The notes under the pieces: generated by a model
Database searches by the model: none
What the model saw: only the letters and a program-made list of their open reading frames with translations
Told to the model about the DNA's origin: nothing
Made by a program: the position numbers and the translations under genes
Assembly (NCBI GenBank): GCA_041650915.1
Contig: JBAZKE010000001.1
Span: 1 to 41,693, forward strand
Reading direction: 5' to 3'
Length of the DNA: 41,693 nt
Source of the DNA: Patescibacteria group bacterium
GTDB lineage: Bacteria > Patescibacteriota > Patescibacteriia > UBA10025 > JAHIVO01
Shown: positions 35,005-41,693 of the stretch, piece after piece
Layout: each line of letters opens with the position of its first letter
How positions within the stretch are numbered: position 1 is the stretch's first letter

Positions 35005-35118
35005 AGTATTAAAATTAACCGGCGGCTACCGGTTATAATTGGCACTAGTTCTCAGCTCAGAAACGCCCTGCGGGAGGGACCTGTCGTCTCGTTGCTCTCT
35101 AGTACCCAAGGTATGGTA

Positions 35119-35147
35119 ATAATACACCTTTTTCCCAATTTAATCAA
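35119..35147 (-). promoter_or_regulatory. Promoter TTGATT-17-TATTAT for the 33808-35004 gene
   Basis: Reverse complement is aataTTGATTaaattgggaaaaaggtgTATTATtacc. Confidence 0.6.
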
Positions 35148-35273
35148 TATTTTTGGGCCGGCCGAAATGAAAAGCCAGGAGAACCGGAACGTACGCTCGG
35201 CACTATTGCAGTTCTTGCGGTTTTTTTCCGCATACGGTTGGGCTGGAGCGGCTTTTTATTCGCAACCCGCTTC

Positions 35274-35282
35274 TGGTATACT
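35274..35282 (+). promoter_or_regulatory. Extended -10 box (TGgTATACT) 8 nt upstream of the ruvA ATG. Leaderless-type arrangement.
   Basis: cttcTGgTATACTagagccatATG. No SD. Confidence 0.55.
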
Positions 35283-35290
35283 AGAGCCAT

Positions 35291-35872
35291 ATGATTGCAC
35301 ACATTGAAGGCACGGTACGAATAACGACAGACCGCTCCGCCATCATCGACGTGCAGGGGATCGGCTACGAGGTGTTTGCCACGCCATCCCTGCTCCTGAA
35401 GCTGAAGGCGGGCGCGGAAGCTTCCCTCTTTACGCACCAGTACATTAGGGAGGATGTCGTGAAACTCTACGGATTTCAGGAATTTACGGAGCTCCGTTTT
35501 TTTGAGCAGCTTATCGACGTTTCTGGCGTCGGGCCGAAGTCGGCACTCACGATTATGGCGCTCGCGCCGGTTGCGGACCTGCAGCGCGCTATAGCACGCG
35601 GCGATTCAAAGATGCTCACGAAGGTTTCTGGAATCGGCAAAAAAACAGCGGAGCGCCTCATCGTTGAGCTGCGGAGCAAGATGGAGGAGGGCGGTTTTGA
35701 AGGCAGCACGGGGGCGGTCGATGCCGGCGACAGCGATGTGATTGACGCGCTCGTCGGCCTCGGATACTCGGCGCGAGAAGCCCGTGACGGGCTCCGCGCA
35801 GTCGGGGCGGAAGCCGAGGGCGCTGGAGCGAGAGTCAAGGCCGCGCTGAAGATACTAGGAAAGAAACGTTGA
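35291..35872 (+). CDS. ruvA: Holliday junction branch migration complex subunit RuvA
   Basis: MIAHIEGTV...IIDVQGIGYEVF, HhH motifs (LIDVSGVGPKSAL, KVSGIGKKTAERL), and C-terminal domain III. Confidence 0.94.
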   Translation: MIAHIEGTVRITTDRSAIIDVQGIGYEVFATPSLLLKLKAGAEASLFTHQYIREDVVKLYGFQEFTELRFFEQLIDVSGVGPKSALTIMALAPVADLQRAIARGDSKMLTKVSGIGKKTAERLIVELRSKMEEGGFEGSTGAVDAGDSDVIDALVGLGYSAREARDGLRAVGAEAEGAGARVKAALKILGKKR

Positions 35873-35875
35873 GCT

Positions 35876-36910
35876 ATGGATGTACGAGAGATCACCGATC
35901 AGGGGGCACTCGACAGGTTTGTCGGCTCGCAGCGGCGGACGCAGTTTTTACAGTCCTGGCGTTGGGGTGAGTTTCAGCGTGCCGTCATGAATGGAGTGCG
36001 CCGTTTCGGCGTGTACGACCAGGATGCGCTCCTCGGCACTGCGCAAGTTATCGTGATGGTATTACCGTTGGGCAAGCAGTACTGGTACGTGCCCCGCGGC
36101 CCCGTCATCAATGAGCAGTTGCCGATTGGTCAATTTCAAAAAGCATGGAAGGCTATTGTTGGGGAAATTTTCCGCAGCGCAGAAGCGGCTGATGCGCTGT
36201 TTGTGAAGCTTGAACCGCCGATACAGAAACAGAGCATGCGGGTATTTCAAAATCTTGTCGGTTCGTATGAGGTGCAATCCGCACATTTTGTGCAGCCGAA
36301 AGATAACTGGTGCCTCGACCTCACGGTATCCGAGGAAGCGCTCATGTCGTCGATGCACCAAAAGTGGCGGTACAATATCCGGCTCGCCGAACGAAAGGGC
36401 GTACAGGTTCGATCAACGGAGGGCGTTGGCGATTTCGAGGAGTTTTGGAACATTCTATCGGCGACGTCAGCCCGCGATCAGTTCAATCCCCACAGCCGTT
36501 CGTACTACCGCGAGATGTTCCGCTCTTTGATACCGTCCCGTTTGATGAAGCTGTATACGGCAGAGCGCAAGGGTACGGTGCTCGCGATGAACCTCGTGGC
36601 GTTTTTTGGGGATACCGTAACGTACGTGCACGGCGCATCGTCAGATGCAGACCGCAGTCTGATGGCCCCGCATCTCCTCCAATGGCGCCAGGTGCTCGAC
36701 GCAAAGGAATGGGGTGCAGCCTGCTACGACTTCGGTGGCATTGGGCCGGAGCAGGGGGATGAAAAGGTTGAACGTGCGTGGTCCGGAATCACCCACTTTA
36801 AAAAAGGGTTTGGCGGGCATGTGGTCTCTTACATCGGCGCGTACGATTTGATCTTGAGCAAAGCATGGTATACAGTGTATAGACTGGCTCATAGGGTAAG
36901 GAACGTGTGA
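35876..36910 (+). CDS. FemAB-family peptidoglycan interpeptide-bridge aminoacyltransferase (FemX/MurM-like)
   Basis: FLQSWRWGEFQ, WRYNIRLAERKGV, YGASS..., a typical FemABX layout. 344 aa. Confidence 0.85.
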   Translation: MDVREITDQGALDRFVGSQRRTQFLQSWRWGEFQRAVMNGVRRFGVYDQDALLGTAQVIVMVLPLGKQYWYVPRGPVINEQLPIGQFQKAWKAIVGEIFRSAEAADALFVKLEPPIQKQSMRVFQNLVGSYEVQSAHFVQPKDNWCLDLTVSEEALMSSMHQKWRYNIRLAERKGVQVRSTEGVGDFEEFWNILSATSARDQFNPHSRSYYREMFRSLIPSRLMKLYTAERKGTVLAMNLVAFFGDTVTYVHGASSDADRSLMAPHLLQWRQVLDAKEWGAACYDFGGIGPEQGDEKVERAWSGITHFKKGFGGHVVSYIGAYDLILSKAWYTVYRLAHRVRNV

Positions 36911-37671
36911 TGAGCAATGCATCAATCAGCGCTGTCGTTTTGGCAGCTGGAAAGGGCACGAGGCTCAACGAGGGGAAACCTTCGGGAATACCGAAAGTCA
37001 TGCACGAGATAGGCGGCAAGCCGATGCTGTCCTACACGCTCGAGACGCTCCGCTTGGCTGGAATCGGTGATATCGTCATTGTCGTCGGGTACAAGGCGGA
37101 GCTCGTTAAGGAGCGCTTTGGCGGCGGGTATACGTATGCGCTGCAGGAGCCCCAGAACGGCACTGGCCACGCAGTCCAGTGCGCGCAATCTTCCGTCAGC
37201 AAGAGCGCAGAACACGTGCTCGTAATCCAGGGTGACGATTCAGCCTTCTACAGCGTGGGAAGCATTCGGGCATTGCTGGCATCCCACGTTCAGGGCGGCG
37301 CTGCGGTCAGCGTGCTCACTTTCCGGCATCCAAATCCCGGGGAGCTCGGGAGAATCATCCGCGATGGCGCGGGCAATGTCGTTGCCATCAGGGAAAAAGA
37401 AGTGCTGACTGATGCAGAGAAGCGGATCAATGAGATCAATACAGGCACGTACTGTTTCCGGGCAAGCTGGCTGTGGGGGAATCTGCCGAAGCTGAAGCCC
37501 TCGGCAACCGGAAAAGGGGAGCTCATTCTTCCGGATTTGATCGAGATGGCAATTGAGCAGGGAGAGAAAGTTACCGGGCATACGATAGCCGACCCGGACG
37601 AGTGGATCGGGGTGAATACTCCGGAGCAGCTGCGCCACGCGAATGAAGCGATGGCGCGGCGGGGAACGTAA
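36910..37671 (+). CDS. Sugar-1-phosphate nucleotidyltransferase (GlmU N-terminal-domain-like, no acetyltransferase domain)
   Basis: AVVLAAGKGTRL signature and QEPQNGTGHAV. TGATG overlap with the upstream gene. AAGGAA 6 nt before ATG 36910 (the tracked GTG 36907 is too close to the SD). Confidence 0.85.
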   Translation: MSNASISAVVLAAGKGTRLNEGKPSGIPKVMHEIGGKPMLSYTLETLRLAGIGDIVIVVGYKAELVKERFGGGYTYALQEPQNGTGHAVQCAQSSVSKSAEHVLVIQGDDSAFYSVGSIRALLASHVQGGAAVSVLTFRHPNPGELGRIIRDGAGNVVAIREKEVLTDAEKRINEINTGTYCFRASWLWGNLPKLKPSATGKGELILPDLIEMAIEQGEKVTGHTIADPDEWIGVNTPEQLRHANEAMARRGT

Positions 37672-37748
37672 TTTTAGAGTCTCATCCCGGCATGTCCGTC
37701 GGGATTCCGGCCGCTGCGCCAGGGCGGATCGGAGCACACTATAGGTAT

Positions 37749-37820
37749 GCCCTCATCGTTCAACGGATAGGACGTGAGATTCCGGATCTCAAAATGTAGG
37801 TTCGATTCCTACTGAGGGCA
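37749..37820 (+). tRNA. tRNA-Arg, anticodon CCG, no encoded CCA
   Basis: GCCCTCATCGTTCAACGGATAGGACGTGAGATTCCGGATCTCAAAATGTAGGTTCGATTCCTACTGAGGGCA. Acceptor GCCCTCA/TGAGGGC, anticodon loop TTCCGGA, T-arm GTAGG-TTCGATT-CCTAC. Confidence 0.95.
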
Positions 37821-37908
37821 ATGAGCACGGGGCATAGAAAATAGAGTGGGGCAGGCACCATGCCTGTGTGGGGTGTTCGCAGCAGGTGCGCAACTTTTTT
37901 ACACGCGT

Positions 37909-38424
37909 ATGTACAGTGTCATAAAAATTTTTCTTACCGGCGGTACGTTTGATAAAGAGTACAATGAGCTCGACGGGACGCTCTCGTTCAAGAAGACACA
38001 CCTGTCCGAGATTCTGAAGCTTGGCCGGTGCAGGCTCGATGTTAAGGTTGAGACGCTCATGCTTATCGACAGCCTCGACATGACCGAAGCCGACCGTAAC
38101 CTCATCGTGCGGCGGTGCGCGGAAGAGCCGTGCAAGAGCATCGTCATTACCCACGGGACGGATACGATGGTCGATACGGCGCGTGCCCTCGCTGCAAAAA
38201 AGCTTGATAAAATAATCGTGCTGACTGGCGCGATGGTGCCGTATAAGTTCGGCAGCTCTGATGCGCTGTTCAACCTCGGCAGCGCGCTCGCGTTCGCGCA
38301 GACTCTTAAGCCGGGCGTGTATGTCGCGATGAACGGCAGGTACTTCAGGTGGAACAAGGTCAGGAAAAACCGCGCGATCGGCGAGTTTGAGGATATTCCA
38401 GTGGGGCATCGCCGCCCGGCGTAA
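37909..38424 (+). CDS. Asparaginase-domain protein (single N-terminal-type asparaginase/glutaminase domain, 171 aa)
   Basis: IFLTGGTFD (nucleophile Thr motif) and ITHGTDTM, the two asparaginase signatures. Start at ATG 37909; the tracked 5' extension overlaps the tRNA. Confidence 0.8.
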   Translation: MYSVIKIFLTGGTFDKEYNELDGTLSFKKTHLSEILKLGRCRLDVKVETLMLIDSLDMTEADRNLIVRRCAEEPCKSIVITHGTDTMVDTARALAAKKLDKIIVLTGAMVPYKFGSSDALFNLGSALAFAQTLKPGVYVAMNGRYFRWNKVRKNRAIGEFEDIPVGHRRPA

Positions 38425-38513
38425 AGGAATAGTTGAAAACTATTGCTTTTAAACAAAAGCCGATGGTCGCACCGTGGGGGTTGTTTTTTATTTACGCAAT
38501 AATGTGCACGGGC

Positions 38514-38542
38514 TTGACAAACGTGATGATGTTATATATGGT
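38514..38542 (+). promoter_or_regulatory. Promoter TTGACA-17-TATGGT for the radical SAM gene
   Basis: ggcTTGACAaacgtgatgatgttataTATGGTaagc. GGAGGAAAACAA precedes ATG 38581. Confidence 0.65.
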
Positions 38543-38580
38543 AAGCTGAAAAAACAGAAATTAAAAATGGAGGAAAACAA

Positions 38581-40650
38581 ATGAAAAAGGTTGTAACGGT
38601 TGCATTGATTGCAGTCCTGGCGATTGCGCACGTGAACATCGATGTTCGCAGTGCAGTGGCGTTCACTGGTTTCAGTGAATATACGAACGTTTACAATTCG
38701 AATGGCGAAAAGATCGCGAGTGTCGAAAAAGGAGAGCGGTTTGTCCATGAAGGGGACGAAGATCTGGAGCTCGTCGTGCGCGGCGAGATTGCCTGGGATC
38801 ACTTCCCCGTAACGCCCAAGACCGAAATACTCATCTCAATCCGGAAGCTTACGGCAATCAAGCCGGAGTACCAAGCGGCTCTCGCAGTAGCTATCGGCAC
38901 GACGAGAAGTCGTCGCATCATGCTGAATTATCCGCCCGTATCGTCTGTGTGGCATCTCCCGAGTGGAGTTTCGCAGCTCACTGCAGTATTGCGAAATGAT
39001 GGGCATGACGTTGTCCAACGCTACGGCCATATTATCGGTCTCGAATACCTGCTCAGGAAGCATGGAGGCAGCGGGGTCGAGTGGGCGCTCAAAACCATCC
39101 GCGATCCGAACAGTGACATCGGGTCGCTGTATCGTGCCCGCATGATTTTTGAGACAGTATCGAGGAGCATATCGACCGATGATCAATTTGCGGTTGTTCG
39201 CAACAATGTCAGTTACGTATCCGCATACTACGACGGAAGCATCGAGGGAGTCGTTCGTGGGGTACGTGATCGAGAGCGGCATCTTTGGCATCCGTACTTC
39301 AACGATGTTGAGCTTCGTCTCGCCAGAGATAGCAAGCCCGATATCTACGGGATCAGCATTGCCGATGAACGGCAGATTGTGCAGGGGCTCATCCTCGCCT
39401 CCATGATCAAGGATGCGATGCCGGATACGATTGTCGTTCTCGGTGGAAACTTTTGGTCGAGGGTCATTGGCGCGTATCAGCGTCCATCCTTCAGACAGAT
39501 TTTTTCCTGGTGTGATGTGATTGTGTATGCGGAAGGATTTCAGCCGTTACGCACTCTCACTGAGACGATGGATCCTCGGTCAATGCCGGGTTCAGTATGG
39601 TGTGATAACAATCGGGTTATCATCAATCCGATTTCGTCTGTTCCGACTGAGTTTCAATTCTTGCCAACGCCCGTGTTTGACGGCGGTGCACGGCAGTGGT
39701 CACCGTATCCGGTCTATCCGCTATACACTATGTCGAACTGCCCGATGGCTTGCAGGTTTTGTGCAATTTCAGCGGGTAGCGATACGTATCTGGATACGCC
39801 ACGGTCGATGAAGCCCAGTTGTATCGCGCAACACATAGCTCGTTTAGGTGGCGGTCGGTTCGATATTGTCGACGAGACATTTCCGATCGGCAGACAGCTT
39901 CAGCTCGGCGCACAGCTACAAAGGCTAGGTCATGCTGCTACCTGGCAGTGCTATCTGACAGTTACTGACCGGTTACTTGATCCTGCTGTTTCGGTACAGC
40001 TGTACGAAGCTGGTTGCCGGGGGGTTCAGCTCGGACTTGAGACTCTATTTCCCAGCATACTTGACCGTGAGGAAAAGCGTTGGAATAGGCCTGAGCACTA
40101 TGCCCAAATCCTGCGAAATCTTCGTAACGCTGGCATTCAGACACACGTCTTCTTGCTTATCGGACTGCCGGGACAGCCCCTCAACTGGGATTTGCGATGG
40201 CTCGGCTTTCTGGAAGAGCACGGTGACTCAATCCTTACGATTAAGGCGGGTCGGTACCGGCTCTCCAAGCGCGCACCTGAGAACATGCATGGTACTCACA
40301 GTGGATTTGTAACGCTTCTACCTGACGATAAACCGCTACACCTCAATCGTGGCTTCCAGTATAATGCTGTTAGCCGGAAGCGAGTTGAGGCGGTGCGGGA
40401 CATCCTGGAACAGATGTGCCGAAATCACTGGGCATACGGCGTGACATCAACTATTCCATGGTGGATCAACCGCGGCCGGTACACCTTGGATGAGCTCCGT
40501 GCGATGGCGGCACTGTTGCCGCCGGAGCAGGAAGTAAGGCACCTTGAGCGTTCGGTACGCAAGATGAACGGAATCGTGTACGACGAGCTTGATATCAAAA
40601 CATCGCTCACGGATTATCGTGATCTTGCCGCCTTTACGAAAACGATCTAA
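38581..40650 (+). CDS. B12-binding-domain-type radical SAM protein with a ~110-aa N-terminal extension (signal-peptide-like helix plus a small beta-rich segment)
   Basis: CxxxCxxC in YTMSNCPMACRFCAIS. N-terminal Rossmann-like block RRIMLNYPPVS...LTAVLRNDGHDVV...IYGISI. Extension MKKVVTVALIAVLAIAHVNIDVRSAVA-FTG... Strong SD at the first ATG. Confidence 0.85.
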   Translation: MKKVVTVALIAVLAIAHVNIDVRSAVAFTGFSEYTNVYNSNGEKIASVEKGERFVHEGDEDLELVVRGEIAWDHFPVTPKTEILISIRKLTAIKPEYQAALAVAIGTTRSRRIMLNYPPVSSVWHLPSGVSQLTAVLRNDGHDVVQRYGHIIGLEYLLRKHGGSGVEWALKTIRDPNSDIGSLYRARMIFETVSRSISTDDQFAVVRNNVSYVSAYYDGSIEGVVRGVRDRERHLWHPYFNDVELRLARDSKPDIYGISIADERQIVQGLILASMIKDAMPDTIVVLGGNFWSRVIGAYQRPSFRQIFSWCDVIVYAEGFQPLRTLTETMDPRSMPGSVWCDNNRVIINPISSVPTEFQFLPTPVFDGGARQWSPYPVYPLYTMSNCPMACRFCAISAGSDTYLDTPRSMKPSCIAQHIARLGGGRFDIVDETFPIGRQLQLGAQLQRLGHAATWQCYLTVTDRLLDPAVSVQLYEAGCRGVQLGLETLFPSILDREEKRWNRPEHYAQILRNLRNAGIQTHVFLLIGLPGQPLNWDLRWLGFLEEHGDSILTIKAGRYRLSKRAPENMHGTHSGFVTLLPDDKPLHLNRGFQYNAVSRKRVEAVRDILEQMCRNHWAYGVTSTIPWWINRGRYTLDELRAMAALLPPEQEVRHLERSVRKMNGIVYDELDIKTSLTDYRDLAAFTKTI

Positions 40651-40809
40651 CGCACGCGTTAGCATCTTTCAGTATGCGGGGCAGTCGCAGCAATGCGGCC
40701 GCCCCTCTTTTTTTGTTTATCCTTGAAAATAAACCGGATGTGCGCTACCATGTGAACTACAGTACTGCTTTTTTGTAGTTCGATTTTTATTCTTTTATCA
40801 AAGGTAGAA

Positions 40810-41693
40810 ATGGCTACACTGACGCCGCAGGCAGAGAAGCTCAACAAGATAATAGAGCGCGAGAGCAGCCTGGTTTTTGGAATGTTTTCCGGGCGGGGAA
40901 AGCAGATTTATTTTCCGCACGAGGGCATCCTCGGGCAGTCCGCAGAAGCGAAGGGCAGGAAGTACAATGCAACGATCGGCATGGCGTGCGAGGATGATGG
41001 CACCATTATGGCGCTCGAGGCGATGACCGGCAAGGTGCTCGTGAATAAGGATTCGATTTTTCCGTACGCGTCGAGCTTCGGCAAGAAAGAGCTGCGGGAA
41101 CGGTGGCACGAGCTGCTCGAGGTGAAGAATGAAGGCTTGCGGAAAAAAAATGTAAGCGTCCCCGTTGTAACCTGTGCGCTCACGCACGGGTTGAGCGTCG
41201 TCGGGTACCTGTTTGCGGACCCGGAAACCGAGGTCGTTCTCGCCGAGCCGCTGTGGGGCAACTACAAGCTCGTGTTTGGGACGACGTACGGCGCGAAGCT
41301 CGTCACGTTCCCGCTGTTCAAAGCAGGCGGCTTCAACGTCGAGGGGCTCCGTGAGAAGCTCGCGGGCGGCGCGAAGCGGAAGATTTTGCTCCTCAACTTT
41401 CCGAATAACCCGACCGGCTACACGCCGACAAACGGGGAAGTTGATGCGCTCATCCAGGTAATCAGAGAACATGCCGAAAAGAATAAAATCATTGTTGTTA
41501 CCGATGATGCATACTTCGGGCTTGTCTATCAGGAAGGAGTTTTCAAGCATTCCCTTTTTACCCGGCTGTACGACTTGCACGAGAACGTCCTCGGCGTAAA
41601 GATTGACGGAATCACGAAAGAAGACTACGCGTGGGGCTTGCGTGTCGGTTTTATCTCATTCGGGTGCCGGGGCGGCACGAAAGCGCTCTATAC
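40810..41693 (+). CDS. Class I/II PLP-dependent aminotransferase, 3' end beyond the window (not in the ORF track because no stop is reached)
   Basis: I translated from ATG 40810 by hand: MATLTPQAEKLNKIIERESSLVFGMFSGRGKQIYFPHEGILGQS...LLLNFPNNPTGYTP...VVTDDAYFGLVY...GITKEDYAWGLRVGF. The frame stays open to the window end. The tracked minus ORF 40798-41580 is its shadow. Confidence 0.85.
   Translation, partial: MATLTPQAEKLNKIIERESSLVFGMFSGRGKQIYFPHEGILGQSAEAKGRKYNATIGMACEDDGTIMALEAMTGKVLVNKDSIFPYASSFGKKELRERWHELLEVKNEGLRKKNVSVPVVTCALTHGLSVVGYLFADPETEVVLAEPLWGNYKLVFGTTYGAKLVTFPLFKAGGFNVEGLREKLAGGAKRKILLLNFPNNPTGYTPTNGEVDALIQVIREHAEKNKIIVVTDDAYFGLVYQEGVFKHSLFTRLYDLHENVLGVKIDGITKEDYAWGLRVGFISFGCRGGTKALY

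Noticed and set aside
37735-37749. Possible promoter directly abutting tRNA-Arg (leaderless tRNA transcription)
   Set aside because: Only a weak CACACT/TATAGG -10-like string with no -35 is present. Co-transcription with the upstream nucleotidyltransferase gene is simpler.
37789-38456. Minus-strand ORFs 37789-38409 (206 aa) and 37899-38456 (185 aa), and the tracked 5' extension 37846-37908 of the asparaginase-like ORF
   Set aside because: The minus-strand ORFs are antisense to a gene with both asparaginase signatures, and one overlaps tRNA-Arg. The plus-strand extension lacks an SD, and the conserved domain starts at ATG 37909.
40798-41580. 260-aa minus-strand ORF
   Set aside because: It is the shadow of an open plus-strand frame from ATG 40810 to the window end. 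That frame carries aminotransferase motifs (NFPNNPTG, DDAYFGL, TKEDYAWGLRVGF).

Overview
41.7-kb chromosomal window from a moderately GC-rich, tightly packed bacterial genome. The gene content suggests an uncultivated small-genome lineage (CPR/Patescibacteria-like): pilin-like and lamin-tail-domain surface proteins, a FemAB-type transferase, and a stand-alone, insertion-rich 23S rRNA. This taxonomic call is inference only. All calls come from reading the sequence and ORF track by eye; no database search was run.

Content:
- A 3'-truncated 23S rRNA on the minus strand (1-2960).
- tRNA-Leu(UAG) and tRNA-Arg(CCG).
- About 33 protein genes. Most are housekeeping: purD, prs, purF, ssb, polA, holA, rpsT, uvrB, ruvA, malQ, plsC, two class I/II aminotransferases, a CPA2 antiporter, a FemAB-family enzyme and a GlmU-N-like nucleotidyltransferase.
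- Several hypothetical or membrane proteins.
- No CRISPR array, transposase, integrase or obvious defence genes.

Promoters in this genome are unusually easy to read (TTGACA-17-TATAAT-like boxes), as are intrinsic terminators.

Main things worth a second look:
1. Several promoter-plus-terminator units that contain no ORF. These are two tandem minus-strand units at 17024-17383, a ~360-nt unit at 27193-27588, a ~155-nt unit at 11401-11590, and a unit or leader upstream of the 23S.
2. A B12-type radical SAM enzyme carrying an N-terminal signal-peptide-like extension, with atypical codon usage (38581-40650).
3. A cytidylyltransferase(RibL/TagD-like)-VanX dipeptidase fusion.
4. IVS-like expansion hairpins in domain I/II of a 23S gene that is not linked to a 16S.
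5. A recurrent extended -10 box placed 8-12 nt from the ATG (leaderless-type architecture).
6. An insulated two-gene hypothetical cassette with a palindromic operator.
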